Assembly: GCA_964373795.1 (NCBI GenBank)
Contig: CAYJVY010000005.1
Coordinates: forward strand, 37,813 to 69,812
Length of the DNA: 32,000 nucleotides
DNA from: an uncultured archaeon
GTDB lineage: Archaea > Iainarchaeota > Iainarchaeia > Iainarchaeales > DATDZZ01
Direction: 5' to 3'
Under the pieces are notes generated by a model that was not told the DNA's origin, made no database searches, and saw nothing but the letters and a program-made list of their open reading frames with translations. The translations under genes and the position numbers were made by a program. Positions 1 to 12,800 of this stretch are shown in pieces (the first letter of the stretch is position 1; every line of letters starts with the position of its first letter).

Positions 1-3000
1 ATATTTTGCTTGGAACACGAATTAAAGCTGAAGCAGAATTAGAAGGGTTTCAAAAAATTTTAAGAGAACTTGAAGTAAAACAAGCTGATTTAAAGTTAGA
101 AGTTCAAATGCCTTCAACTGAAATTAAGAGAACTCAAATAATTAAATTAGTTCAAGGAGAAGATGAAAGTCTTTTAACTAAAAAAGCAACTTATAGTTTG
201 AGTTGCACTAATTCTGAAGGAAAAGTAGAGCCTTCAACTGGAAGTGTTTCAGATGGAGTAATTAAAGCTGTTTCAACAGAGAAATGTGGAAGCATTTTAT
301 TACAGGCTTCAGCAGATGGATTTATTTCAGTGCAATCATTTGAAGTGAAAAATGCTTCAGAAAAAGTTTTATTAAAAGAAGTAGAGGTTTCAACTGGAAA
401 AATTAAAGTAACAGTTAAAGACGATGAACAAAAATCTTTAGACGGAATTAGAATTCAAGTATTCAATGAAAGCGGAGTAGAAAAATTCACTGAATCAAGT
501 GTGCAAGGATTAAAAGTTATTCCTGAAGTGCAAACAGGAGAATACTATGTAAGTGTTTCAGATTCAAAAGATGTATTCGGTACACAGAAAAGCGTTGTAA
601 AAAGAGTGAACAAAAATCAAGAAACTCTTTTTGAATTTGTTTTAAGTAAAAGCATTAAAGGAAAAATTAATGTAAAAGCAATAGATGATTCAACTAAAGC
701 AGAATTAAGTAATGTAAAAATTCAGTTATTCAAGAAAGGAGAAAACACTCCAATTTCAGATGATTCAACTAAAGCAGGGGAAAAAGTTAGTTTTAGTATT
801 ACTGAAAAAGGGTTATACATTGTTAGAGGTTTATTGGAAGGATTTTTGTATGGAGAAGAAGAAGTTGATTTAAGTGAAGGAGAAAAAGATATTACTTTAA
901 AGCTAGTGAAAGCAACTCCAGAGAATAGTGGAAAAATAGTTGTAAGCATTAAAGATGAAGATAACAAGCCAATTGAATCAGCAGAAGTATTTGTATTTGA
1001 CGGAGTAACTGATTTCTTGTATCCATTTGAATCAAAGTTAAGTGATGCAAACGGAGAAACTAGATTTAGTGGATTAAAAGAAGGAACTTATTTCATGAAA
1101 GCAGTGAAAGGAAATTTGGAAGCAATTTCTTCAAAGAAAAAAATTGATATTAGAAAAGAATTTCCTTTTGAAATTAAAATGCAAAGAGGAAATGGAACTC
1201 TTTCAATTGAAGTAGTTGACTTGGATAACAAATCAATTCCTAATGCAAGAATTCAATTACATTTGGTTGGAGAAACAGATATAAAAGAAGCTTTAGGAAA
1301 CCCTGAAGGAAAATCAGAGATTTCTTTGAAAGGAGATTCAAGAGTTTATGTAAGGGTTTCAGCTGAAGGCTTTGCAGCATTTTTTTCTCAAGCAGTTCCA
1401 ATTGAAGCAGGAGAAGAAGCAAAAATTAAAGCAGTGTTAGAGAAAACAATTCCTGGAAGAGATCCAAAAATTAAGTTGCTTGGAATTTTTGTAGATGAAT
1501 CTTCCCAAATAGAGATAACTGAATTAAAGCCTGGAACAAATTATATTGCTAGACTGCAAGTAAAAATTCCTGAAAACGCTGATTACAGAAAAGTAGGAAT
1601 TCATTTTAGAACAGGAAAACTTCCTTTAATGGAGCAAGACAATATTTTAATTAAAGAAGTAATTGCTCCAAACGCAGATGTAAGAAAGGGAACAACATTT
1701 AATCCTCCATTAGGACAAGCAATTGATTTAAAGAATATTTCTTTTGCTGAAGCAAAATGGGCAAACGTTGTATTAAGAGATGTAGAAAAAGGAGTCTACA
1801 ATATTGCTGTAAGTTTAAGAGTTAAAACTCAAGTAGTGCAAGGAGATGACTTGCCTTTTTATTACAGGGTTTGGGCGGAAACTCCTTCAAAAGAATTTTT
1901 AAGAGATCCAATTGATTCAGAACTAGGAAATGCTAGAAGCACTTCAACTAAAGAAGAATTATATGCAGAAGCGTATAGTAAAAGACAGTCAGCTGGCTTG
2001 CCATCTGTTTGTGATGAAACATTTTGTTATTCAGGGGAAAGAATTCTAGATTTAGAGGATAAGAAATTCAAACTAGTTCCATATGATGTAAGCGTTTTTG
2101 GAGTGCATAAATTCTTTTTCGAAATAACAAATAATAGTGAAACAGTTCACGATCGCGCGGAGATTAGAATAAAGAATTTTGTTGAAGGAAAACTAGTGGA
2201 TGATGCATTAGAATTAATTGATTACAAAATAGTGAATGCAGATGCAAAAGAATTCAAGTCTTCAGGAATTTCATTAAACAAGTTGCCTGAAATAGAGTTA
2301 GGAAGTTATACTAGAAATAAAACAGTTAAAGGAGAAATAACTTTTATTCCAAAAAAAGTTGGAAGAACTAATTTACAGTTAGAAATTGTTAGCGGAATAA
2401 GAGTTGGATCAGATGTAGGAGGATCAAAGGTTTTTGAAAAAATTATTCCAATAAATGTTTTAGCAAATAAGAAATTAAAGCTTGAATTAAAGCCAAGCAT
2501 TTTACCTTCATTTATTGATAACAAGGTTGAAGTAAAAGTAACAGATGAAGAAAGCATTACTTTAAAGAATGTAAAATTAAGGGTTTCTAAAATCACTCCA
2601 GCAAATGTGAGAATAAAAATTGGAGAATTTTATTCCAATGCAAACGGAAATGCTTTTTTCACTTTGCCTTCTTCAAGTCCTGGATCGAAATTCATTGTTG
2701 AATCAGAGTTAACTGGATTTGAGTCACAGAAAACTGAGGTAAAAATTGCTTCAGAAATCGTTGCATTTGATCCATTGCCCCCAAATCCATTAAAATTAGA
2801 GTTGCAAACAATTGGAATAGATGAAGACACTGCAACAATTAAAGCAACTAATTTAATTGATGCTCCATTGAAATTAAAGAAAGCATTTGTTTCAGGGTAT
2901 TTTAAAAGCTATTTAGATGAAGCTGCAATGAATAGATTCTTGCAAGGATTTGTTGAAACAACTGAGTTAAAAAAAGACGAAGAACAAAATTTGAGTTTAT

Positions 3001-6000
3001 TGAAAGCAAAACTAGTTAATGCATTACAATTATTTGAACCAGATAAAGTTAAAGGAGAAATAAATTTAGTGTTTGAATCAGTGAAACTTGGAAAGACTTG
3101 GGCTTTCAGCATTCCATTTGAAGTAAGCGTTGAAATAGGAAAAGGTCCTTCAGCAGATAATTGCTTGGTTTTAGAACCAGTTCCATTGTCAAGCATTCCT
3201 AAATGGAATTCAGTTACTCAAGGGGAAAGAATTGCAAATGAATTCATTTTATATAATTCTTGTAAAATTAATGGCAAACCAGTTGAAGTAAGAAACTTGA
3301 AAGCAGGAATTGAATGGAAGGGAAACAAGATTGGAGATGTGCAGTTAACTTTAACTGATCAAGAAGAACATACAGCTGTTCCGCCTGAAACTTTAAGAGA
3401 AGGAGAATTCACTAATCCTTTTATTGAAATAGTTAAAGCACTTCAAAAAGGAAGTTCAGGCCCGCAATACACTGGAATTTTGTATTTCACTCCAAAAGCA
3501 GGACATGAAGGAGAGGATACTTCTTTCACTGTAAAAATTAGAGCAGAAATTGGAACAAATCAAGGCCCTAAAGAAATTTCCACTACTCAAGACATTACTG
3601 GAAACATTAAAGTAATTAATTTAAAGGACTGTTTAGAGTTAACCCCTACCCCAGAAGAAGGATTAAAGATTCCAGCTACTTCTTTAGAAGGAGAAGGATT
3701 TTTTGAAATTGATTCAACTAAATGCGGCCCTGCAACAATTCAAATAAGTATTTGCAGAGGAGACGATGGTTGTAGAGGAAACCCTCAAATAAAAGAAGGC
3801 GGATTAAGAGTTGAACCAAAAACATTTAATTTAAGTAAATCAAAGCAAAAGCAAAAAATTAAGTTAAAAAAAGAAGAAGGAATTCCAGGAATTTACGGAG
3901 TAACAATCTTTGCTTCTCCAGGTGGAAGTAATTTTGTTCCAGTGAAAACACTAGATGTATTAATAGAACCAAATTTAGATGAACATTATTTTTGGTTAGA
4001 CAAATATGAATTCAGCGTGATTGGAAGAGAAGGAAAAGATTCAACTGCGTTGTTTAACACTCAATACAAGGAAAATGTTTCAGTTGAAGCAAAAAGAAAA
4101 TATCATGGCCAAGCAGCAGGAAATAATGCAACAAAAGCTTTTTGGACTGGAGCAATTGCAGGAGTTGGAACAGGAGCTGCAACAGTTGGAGCATTAATTG
4201 CAGCAGAAGCAACTGTTCCAGTAATTGGATGGACAGCAGCAATTGTAACAATAGTTGTATGGGCAGCTGTTTCATTTTTAACTTATCAAAAAAATAAAGA
4301 TAAAGCAAACGAATTAATTACTAAAAACTTTGAAGACTATGTAATTGAATTAACTTCAGATAGAAGAGATGTATTAATTGAAGGATTAGATAATAAAATT
4401 AAAGCTGAATGGAATACAAAATACAATAATGTTTTCTCTGATTCAAGAACTGGAAAAGTAACCCAAATAAATGCATTAAAATTTTTAAACGATGGAAATC
4501 TTTCCAAGCCTCAACTAAGTTATGGAATACTAAACGTTAAAGCAATTGAACATATTCATGGAGATCCAACTCATAAAGCTGCAAGAGTTTTATGTGGAAA
4601 CAGCGATTTTTGGCATTTCAATATTCCAAGTTCTTGTAGCGGTGCAAGAGATGAATTAGTTTCAAAGAAATTCCATGTAAGATTTAAAACTCAAGAAGAA
4701 CCAGAGCCATTGCCTGAATTAAATTTTGAAACATTTGAATGCAAAGCAGGAGCTTTAAGAGGGGTTACAGGAAAAGGAGCTAATCCAAAAATTAAATTGG
4801 ATTGGGATTGGGATAAAATTAAAGTTGATTCATGTGATGCAAACAATCCTGAAACATTTTACTGTGATTCAACTCAGTTTTCAATTTCTTTAGTGAAAAG
4901 ATTAAATAAATTAAAAGAATTTTTCGAGAGAAACCAAGGAGTATTTGAATGCCCTCCTTCAATAAGCGATGCATACGATAAAGCTAACAATCAAGAATCA
5001 AGTAATGTAGTTAAAAAAGACTTTATTGGAATTTCAAAACTTGAAACAAAATTCTATTCAATTGAAAACGATGCAAACGCAATTGTATTCTTAGACAATA
5101 AAACAACTTCAGATCAATCAATTGATTTAACAGTAAATTTGAAAACACTAGACAATGAAGTAATTAAAGATGTTTGCGAGAAAAAAGCAATTGCATTAAA
5201 GCCTGGAACAAATAAAGTTGGATGTGAATTTAAAGCAATTCAAAAAGGAAATTACTTTATTGAAGCATTAATTACTAATAGTTCAACTCAAAACTTGGAT
5301 CCATTTGAACCAACTATTTCAATAATAGTTCAAGATGAGCCTTTAACTTCAACTGTAAATTCGACTTGTAAAGTAATTAAAACAACTGAAGACTTGCAAG
5401 GATCTCCAATAATAATGGCTTTCATTGAAGCACAAGAAAAAGCAGGAAAAAAAGTAGAATATTCAACTGATACTCCAACAGAGGATTGGATTAATAATAA
5501 AGAAGAATTATTGAATACAATTAAATTTGATGCATTTTTAATGAAGGACGGATATTCAAGTGATTTCAGAAAAGACTTCATTAGATTTTATACTACTCAA
5601 GCACTCCCTAAAGCTCCAGACTACTTTGATAACACTACTGCAGGAAAAGGAAGATTTAAAGATTTCTTTGAAGACAATGAAAAACTTGTTTTCACTCAAA
5701 AGTTTTTTGAAAGAAATTCAACTCTTGATTCGCCTGGAAGATATAGAGTTGAATTAATGGGTTACTTTAAAGATAAATGGGAATTCTTTGATTCTCAAGG
5801 AAAACCAAATGCATTAATGATTGTATCATTTTACAGGTTAAACGATCCACAACCAAACTCTCCATTCTATTCCATGCCAATAGATGGATTAGTGGGATTA
5901 GATGGAACAAGTCTTGAAAGACAAGGATATGGAACTCAATTCTTAAACAAAAGCGATCAAATAGCTTTCAATAAAACTCTTGCAACTCAAGCAGCTAAAA

Positions 6001-6794
6001 CTTATGCAGATGCTGGAAGCAATGCAATTGCAAGGGTTTCAACTCAGGTTGGCGCGGATTACAGAAAACTAAACTCTGATTTAGGTTTTAGAGGAAATTT
6101 ATTAAACATTATTAGAAGTCCAAGCGGAGAAATGGAATTAGATTATTCTCCAAATTATGCTACTCCAGTAATATTGAAAATGAGTCATGCAATTGATCCA
6201 AATAAATTCGGAGCATACTATGTATTAGAGGATTCAAGAAAAGGAGGAGTAGAAGTAGGAGGAACACTAAATTACTGGCAAGGATTAGGAGCATGCATTG
6301 ACTTTTCAGGCAAACCAGTATTTGAAGCATTTGATTTTGCTCCTGATAGATCTGCAAAAGCTGAAGACAGAATTCCAAACTGGGAACAATCTTATACAAC
6401 TCAATGGAATGAATCAATTAAGGAAGGAGATGTTTATTTAAGAACAGAGTTTTACACTCCTATTGGCTCTACTGCAACTCTAAGATTAATTCATCCAACA
6501 ACTAATGCAAAATTCATTTCCTCTAACACAAACGATAAAGGCGAAAGCACTGTAACACTTAACGGAATTAATGGAATGGAATTCAATAACCCAACTGCTG
6601 CAAACAGGATTTCCTCAATTCAAGACATTTTAAGTTTAGTTGAATCAGGAAATGTATGTGTAACAAATAATGGCTTGCAATCAAGGTATTGGTGGAATCC
6701 AAAAAAATTATTCAACCAAGGACAAACAAAACTAGAAGTAATTGCTACAGGACTTGGAAGAGATTCAAATGCTCAATATAGATGCATTGGGTAA
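1..6794 (+). CDS. Giant surface/secreted protein, 5'-truncated at the window edge (at least 2262 aa visible). It has an N-terminal array of roughly 90-aa CarboxypepD_reg/PEGA-like beta-sandwich repeats, Cys-paired middle and C-terminal regions, and an internal double hydrophobic segment.
   Basis: The frame stays open for 6.8 kb in roughly 30% GC DNA, and there is no stop between position 3 and the listed start, so the gene continues upstream. Repeats of the type 'GKIxVxVxDxxxxxLxxxxIxLF...G.Y.V' recur about every 90 aa, at roughly nt 396-1440. N-x-S/T sequons are abundant. The protein is colinear with the next ORF: CDANNPETFYCDSTQFS/CDANNEKAVYCDATQFS, LERQGYGTQF/LNRQGYGTQF, SPNYATPVILKM/SPNYATPVLMKF, LVESGNVCVTNNG/LVESGDVCVGNNG, ICRGDDGCRGN/ICGGDSDKCRGN. 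Alignment to that paralog suggests about 90 or more N-terminal residues lie outside the window. Confidence 0.9.
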   Translation, partial: ILLGTRIKAEAELEGFQKILRELEVKQADLKLEVQMPSTEIKRTQIIKLVQGEDESLLTKKATYSLSCTNSEGKVEPSTGSVSDGVIKAVSTEKCGSILLQASADGFISVQSFEVKNASEKVLLKEVEVSTGKIKVTVKDDEQKSLDGIRIQVFNESGVEKFTESSVQGLKVIPEVQTGEYYVSVSDSKDVFGTQKSVVKRVNKNQETLFEFVLSKSIKGKINVKAIDDSTKAELSNVKIQLFKKGENTPISDDSTKAGEKVSFSITEKGLYIVRGLLEGFLYGEEEVDLSEGEKDITLKLVKATPENSGKIVVSIKDEDNKPIESAEVFVFDGVTDFLYPFESKLSDANGETRFSGLKEGTYFMKAVKGNLEAISSKKKIDIRKEFPFEIKMQRGNGTLSIEVVDLDNKSIPNARIQLHLVGETDIKEALGNPEGKSEISLKGDSRVYVRVSAEGFAAFFSQAVPIEAGEEAKIKAVLEKTIPGRDPKIKLLGIFVDESSQIEITELKPGTNYIARLQVKIPENADYRKVGIHFRTGKLPLMEQDNILIKEVIAPNADVRKGTTFNPPLGQAIDLKNISFAEAKWANVVLRDVEKGVYNIAVSLRVKTQVVQGDDLPFYYRVWAETPSKEFLRDPIDSELGNARSTSTKEELYAEAYSKRQSAGLPSVCDETFCYSGERILDLEDKKFKLVPYDVSVFGVHKFFFEITNNSETVHDRAEIRIKNFVEGKLVDDALELIDYKIVNADAKEFKSSGISLNKLPEIELGSYTRNKTVKGEITFIPKKVGRTNLQLEIVSGIRVGSDVGGSKVFEKIIPINVLANKKLKLELKPSILPSFIDNKVEVKVTDEESITLKNVKLRVSKITPANVRIKIGEFYSNANGNAFFTLPSSSPGSKFIVESELTGFESQKTEVKIASEIVAFDPLPPNPLKLELQTIGIDEDTATIKATNLIDAPLKLKKAFVSGYFKSYLDEAAMNRFLQGFVETTELKKDEEQNLSLLKAKLVNALQLFEPDKVKGEINLVFESVKLGKTWAFSIPFEVSVEIGKGPSADNCLVLEPVPLSSIPKWNSVTQGERIANEFILYNSCKINGKPVEVRNLKAGIEWKGNKIGDVQLTLTDQEEHTAVPPETLREGEFTNPFIEIVKALQKGSSGPQYTGILYFTPKAGHEGEDTSFTVKIRAEIGTNQGPKEISTTQDITGNIKVINLKDCLELTPTPEEGLKIPATSLEGEGFFEIDSTKCGPATIQISICRGDDGCRGNPQIKEGGLRVEPKTFNLSKSKQKQKIKLKKEEGIPGIYGVTIFASPGGSNFVPVKTLDVLIEPNLDEHYFWLDKYEFSVIGREGKDSTALFNTQYKENVSVEAKRKYHGQAAGNNATKAFWTGAIAGVGTGAATVGALIAAEATVPVIGWTAAIVTIVVWAAVSFLTYQKNKDKANELITKNFEDYVIELTSDRRDVLIEGLDNKIKAEWNTKYNNVFSDSRTGKVTQINALKFLNDGNLSKPQLSYGILNVKAIEHIHGDPTHKAARVLCGNSDFWHFNIPSSCSGARDELVSKKFHVRFKTQEEPEPLPELNFETFECKAGALRGVTGKGANPKIKLDWDWDKIKVDSCDANNPETFYCDSTQFSISLVKRLNKLKEFFERNQGVFECPPSISDAYDKANNQESSNVVKKDFIGISKLETKFYSIENDANAIVFLDNKTTSDQSIDLTVNLKTLDNEVIKDVCEKKAIALKPGTNKVGCEFKAIQKGNYFIEALITNSSTQNLDPFEPTISIIVQDEPLTSTVNSTCKVIKTTEDLQGSPIIMAFIEAQEKAGKKVEYSTDTPTEDWINNKEELLNTIKFDAFLMKDGYSSDFRKDFIRFYTTQALPKAPDYFDNTTAGKGRFKDFFEDNEKLVFTQKFFERNSTLDSPGRYRVELMGYFKDKWEFFDSQGKPNALMIVSFYRLNDPQPNSPFYSMPIDGLVGLDGTSLERQGYGTQFLNKSDQIAFNKTLATQAAKTYADAGSNAIARVSTQVGADYRKLNSDLGFRGNLLNIIRSPSGEMELDYSPNYATPVILKMSHAIDPNKFGAYYVLEDSRKGGVEVGGTLNYWQGLGACIDFSGKPVFEAFDFAPDRSAKAEDRIPNWEQSYTTQWNESIKEGDVYLRTEFYTPIGSTATLRLIHPTTNAKFISSNTNDKGESTVTLNGINGMEFNNPTAANRISSIQDILSLVESGNVCVTNNGLQSRYWWNPKKLFNQGQTKLEVIATGLGRDSNAQYRCIG

Positions 6795-6816
6795 GAAATT
6801 AATGAGTGAAAACTAA

Positions 6817-9800
6817 ATGCCTTTAAACGAAGAATCTTTCATGGCTCCAGCTCCGGAAAATAAGTTACTTGAATTATTGAAAGAAAAAAAAATACTGATT
6901 GCAGGAGTAATAGCTGTAATTGTTTTAATTGCAGTAGCTTATTTTTTTGTCTTGCCTTTGCTTTCACAAAAAAATTCAAATGTAATTCTTTCATTAAAAG
7001 ATCAAGAAGGAACAATTCTTCCTTCAACAACTGTTTCAATTAAAGTTAATGAAACTGTAAAAAATTTTTCAAGCGATTTAAAAGGATTAATTCCTTTAAC
7101 TGTTCCATTGAATGCAAAAATAAGTGTTTCAGCTGAATTAGATGGATTTGAAAAAGTTAATCAAAGTTTGACTGCAAGCAATGCAGAAATGAGTAAAACA
7201 ATTACTTTTTACAAGATTTCAAAGCTTTTAAGTAAAACAATTGTTTTACAAAACCTTGCAGGAGAAATGATTAACAAGGAAGGGAAAATAAATTTTTCTT
7301 GCTCTAATTCAAAAATCACTGCACCTCAACCAATTGACACAACAACAAGTGGAGCAATTAGGGTTACGCCTCCAGAAGGATGTGGGGATTTAATTGCAGA
7401 AGTAATAGTGAAAGGATTTGCTTCAAAGGATTCAGTGAAAATAGTTAATGCAACTGAAGTAATAGAGTTAAGCGCTGAAAAACCTAAAACAGGAACTATA
7501 AAAATTTCAGTTAAAAACAAGGCTTCAGAAGCATTAAATGGAATTACTGTAAAACTTTTTGCAGACAGCGGAGTAATTAATTCAGTTATTTCAAACACAG
7601 GAATAGCAGAATTTAATGAAGTAGAAGTAGGAGAATACTTTGTTTTAACTGAATCAAATCCAGATTATGTTAGCGGGCGAACAGAAAAATTTCAAGTAAA
7701 AGAAAACGAAGTAACTGAAAAAAACTTAGTGTTAGAAAAAGAAAGAACTGCAACACTAGAATTTGAAGTAACAGATAAAAACAGTCAAGCAAAAATTTCA
7801 AACGCAAAAGTCAGAATTGAATTGCAAGAAAAAAAGTTTTTGGAAGAAAAAAATTCTGACAAAGACGGAAAAGTTGTATTCACTTTATTTGATGTAGGAA
7901 AATTTAAAGTAACTGTATTACATGAAGAATTTTTATTTGATGAAAAAGAAATTCAAGTCAACAAAGGCGAGAATAAGGAAAAAATTTCTTTAGAAAAGCT
8001 TTCCCCTGAAAACAGTGGAAGAGTCTTAGTTACAGTTAAAGATGAAGACAATGAAGTAGTGGAAAACGCTAGAGTAAATATTCTTGATGCGAAAACAAAG
8101 TTTTTGTATCCCTTGCCTAAGGTGTATTTCACTAATGCAGAAGGAAAAGTAGAGTTTTCAGGAGTAAAAGAAGGAAAATATTTTGTAAGAGTTTCAAAAG
8201 CAAGAACTGAAGCTGACTCAAAAGCATTAAATGTAAGCAAAAGAGGAATAACAGAATATGAAATAAAAATGGTTATAGGAGAAGGAGTTGTAAGCATTAA
8301 AGCAGTTGATGCAGATAAAGCTCCAGTGCCAAATGCTTCAGCTGAATTCTTTGATGAAAAAGGAAAATCTTTAGGAAAAATTGATTTAGGCCCAGAAGCT
8401 GAAAGAGATTTCACTACTAAAGCGGATAAAAAAGTTTTCATTCGAGTTTCTGCTTCAGGATATAGTAGTTATGTAACTTTATTACATGAAGTAATTCAAA
8501 ACAGAAAAATAAATGTTTTAGCTCAGTTAGAGAAAACAATTCAAGGAACAAAACCTTCAATTGATTTTATAGGATTATTTAATTCAACTGATTCAGATAA
8601 AAGAATTGAAAAACTTGAAGCAGGAAATGCTTATATTGCAAAATTCCAGTTAAAGATTCCAAAAGGATTAAAGCTAAAAAATGCAGGAGTCTTTGTTAAA
8701 ACAGGCGAGGATTCATTAGTTCAAAACGATAATATTTTCATTAAAGCAATTAATGCTCCAAACTCTTCAAAGATTAGGGGAACAACTTTTAACGAGCCAA
8801 AAGGATATGCAATTGATTCACAAAACTTAACTTCAGAAAACGCTAAATGGGTTCAAATAATTTTGCAAGACCCTGAAGAAGGAATTTACAATATTGCAGT
8901 AGAATTAAGTGTAAAAATTAGAACTGTTCCAGGGGAAAGACTTTCAATTAATTACAGAGCATTTGCTGAAAACGATGCAAGAGAAACTTTAAGAGATCCT
9001 GAAGACAAAGAATTAGGTTTAGCGGAAAACTCTGCAAACAAAGAAGGCTTGTATGCTAATGCAACTATTTTAACTTATTTAGAAGGACAAAAAGAGGAAT
9101 GCACTGAAGAATTTTGTTACGGAGGAGTAACATTAGAGGAATCAGTTTCAAGGCTTACTTTAAGACAACAGCCATTTGAAGTATTTGTTTTTTCAGAAAA
9201 CAAATTATTTTTCTATTTAATAAATAATTCTGCAAAAGATTATTTAGATCCAGAAATCAGGTTTAAAAGTTTGGATAAAGCAATTAAAATTACTTCATAT
9301 AAAATAACTGATGCTTCTGCAAAACAAGTAAGCAAAAACAATCAAGAATTATTTGAATTCAATGAAAAACTTGGAAACTTTTCCAAAAACAGAGCAATTA
9401 AAGGAGAAATTGATTTACAAGCACTTGACCCCGAAGAAAAAGAATTAAAGCTTCAAATAGTGAACAAAGGAAACATTGTTTTTGAAAGAGAAATAAAATT
9501 TAATGCAAAAGTTTCAAACAAATTAACTATTAAATCATCTCCAACATTTTTGCCTGCATTCAAGAAAAATGTTTTAAACGTTGAATTAATTGATGAACAA
9601 GAATTAGGTTTAAGTAATACTAAAGTGAAATTCAAATTAATTTCTCCTGAAAGAATTGAAAGATTCATTGGAAGTGAGTTAACAGACGGATTAGGAAAAG
9701 CTGTATTCAAAATAGGAAATTTAAGTCCTCAATCAAAACTCAAAATCGAAGTAGAAAAAGCAGGATATCAATTCACTCCAGTACTAGTTCCAGTGGAATT

Positions 9801-12800
9801 AGATTTAGTTGACATTACTCCTTCAGAGGTAAGCTTGGCTTTAGAGTCTTTAGGAATGAGAAGAAAAGAAAAAACAGTTGAAGCATTAAACAAAATTGAT
9901 TTACCTTTACAAATAACTGATGCAAGACTAATAGGAGTGTTTAGGCAAGTAGATGTAACTGCAATGGAAGGACATTTGAAAAACAATGTAGTAGGAAAAA
10001 TTCTCTCTCCAGGAATTCCAGAAAAAATCAAGCCATTAATTGAAGTAAGCATTTCAGAAGGATTACAAGAAGACTTAGAATCAGCTTCCTATGTTGGAGA
10101 AATTTTGTTAGTGTTTTCAAATAAAACAATTGGAAAGCAATGGCTGAAAAGAATTCCATTCAAATTAGATTTAGGTTTAGGAGGAGAAATAAATAATGCT
10201 CCATGTATTTTCTTTGATACTTCAGAAAAAATTGAAAAAACTATTTTACAGTCAAGCTTTGAAGAAAAATTCACTATAGTTAATAGATGTAAAAACACTG
10301 CAGGAAACAGTAAACTGCAAAACTTGAAAGCAAAAATTAATTGGACTGGAAAAGACGGGCCAATAGGAATAGTTTCATTAGAAGTAACTGAAACTGCAAC
10401 TCAAAACAAGGTATTCAATCCATTAATTGAAGGAGAAGAAATAATTTTTGCAGCTCCGTTTAGAAATGAAAGTGGATTAGATAGTTCAAGTTATTCAGCT
10501 ATTTTAAGTTTCACTCCAAATGAAGACACAATAAATAAAAAAGCAGAATTTCAAGTAGAGTTTTTCGGAGAAGCTTTAACAGATCAAGGAAAAGAAATTA
10601 TTAGATCAAAGCCAACTCCTTTAACAGTAAAGTTATTGAATACTAATTTACAGAACTGCATTAAATTTGATACAGAAGAACAAAGAGGAAGAGTTTTATT
10701 AAAACCAGATGCAAATGAAGCAATCTTTAAAGTCGATTCAAGTGAATGTAAAAACGTGGAATTAGAGTTAAAGATTTGTGGAGGAGACTCAGATAAATGC
10801 AGAGGAAACGCAGTAGATGGAGGAATAAAAGTTGCTCCATGGAGTTATGGAAAAATTTTAGAAAAAGAAGTTTCATTCAAGGTTTCCAGGCCAACAGTAG
10901 AATTTGTTCCAGGAATTTATGGAATTGAAGTATTTGCAAGACCTGTGCAAAAATCTGGCGGCACTCCTCCATGGCAATTAATAGGAGTAATTGATGCAAT
11001 TCTTGATGTAAAAAAAGAAGATACAGATAAATACCTGAATTTAGAAAAATATGAATTCACTTTAGTTAATCCAACGAAAAAAGATGAAACAGCTTTATTC
11101 AATGAAAGATTAATGGAAAATGTTGATGTAACAGCTGATTACTGTGCATGGGATAAAGCAAAAAGATATGCAAACACTTTTGTAAAAATAGGAGAATGGT
11201 TTGATGAATTAAACGAATCTCCTACTGGATGGATAATGTTTATTGCAGAAATAGGAATCGCAGCAATAGTAATCGATGTAGTTCTAGATTTATTAGATCA
11301 AATATTTGGAACTGATTGGGCTGACGGGTTTTCAAAAATCTTAGGAAAACTAGAAATATTAGATGACTGTGAAGACAGAGATCACACTGGAACACTTCAA
11401 GACTATGTATTAAATTTAGTGGAAAATGGAGGAAGTACAAAACTTGTTTCATTAGAGGGAAGAGTTAAATCAAAACCAGTTATAGGTCCAGCAGGAGAAG
11501 CAAGAATTTCAAGGCCAAATGATTTTCCATTAGAAAAACTTGGAATTGAATTGGAAAATAAATCTCTTGAAGAAGGATTAATTCATTACGATATTTTGGA
11601 AATAAGTGGAACAGAGCATGTAAGAGGAGCAAGGCCTTACAGTGGCGGTGCACATTTAAAGTGCAGAGATGGATTTGGTCCATTCAATGTTAGAGGAGCT
11701 TGTGGAGGTTATTCTACTCGCACTAAAACAGAAAAATTTCATGTAAGAATTAACACTATTTCTCCTACTCCAAAATTAAGAGAAATTAGATTAAATGAAA
11801 TTTCTTGTATTGGAGATGGAAAACAAGGAAAAACAGGAAAAGATGCTCTTCCAAAAGTAAAGTTAAACTGGAGCTGGGATGAAAAAACTCAAAACGGAAT
11901 TTCAATTAATGAATGCGATGCAAACAATGAAAAAGCAGTTTACTGTGATGCAACTCAGTTTTCAATAATGTTTGCAAAAAGATTGAATGCAATAAGTGAT
12001 TTTTTAGAGAAAAACAAAAATAATTTAACTTGCCCTACAGACAGTACTTCAAAAACTGAGGAAAAAAATAATTCAAAAAAAGAGTCAAAACCAGTATTTT
12101 TAACTAAAGAAAAATTCGGGGCAACAGAATTTGAAACAATCTTTAAAGGAGTGGAAAACAATTTAATTGTAAGAGTAAAATATGAAAACGATTTAAAACA
12201 AAAAATTGATTTAAATGCAGTTATAACTTTAAACAAATTAATTATTGAAGCAGGAGAAGAAAGAGAAGTAAGCAAGTGTAAAAAAGATTTAAGCGTTAAC
12301 TCAAAAGACTTTGGAGTAATTGAATGCCAATTCAATGACTTAGCAAAAGATGAATACTTTGTATCTCTTTCAACTGAATCGCAAAACAAAGCTGATTTAG
12401 ATGATTGGAATCCAAAAGAAAACATAATTGTAATAAGCGAGCCAACTAGATTGCAGGGATGCTGGCTTCCAAAAACAACTGCTCCTTTAGGAGGCGAACC
12501 AACTTTAATAAAATTCTTGGAAAACTCTTCAAACATTACTTATACTGCAGACATTAATTCAAAAGAACAATTAACTAACATGCTTCACTTTAATGCATTG
12601 CTAATGAGGGATGGCTTTTCAAGTGATTTCAGACAAGATTTTGTAAATTATTATAAAAACCAGTCTTTCATGAATGCCTATCCATGGTTTTTCAATAATA
12701 CTGGTGGAAGAAATATTGAAAAATATTTTTCAGATCAAGATAGAATGAGGTTTTCAAGAAAATACACTCCTTCAAATAAATTAGACAAGCCAGGAATTTA

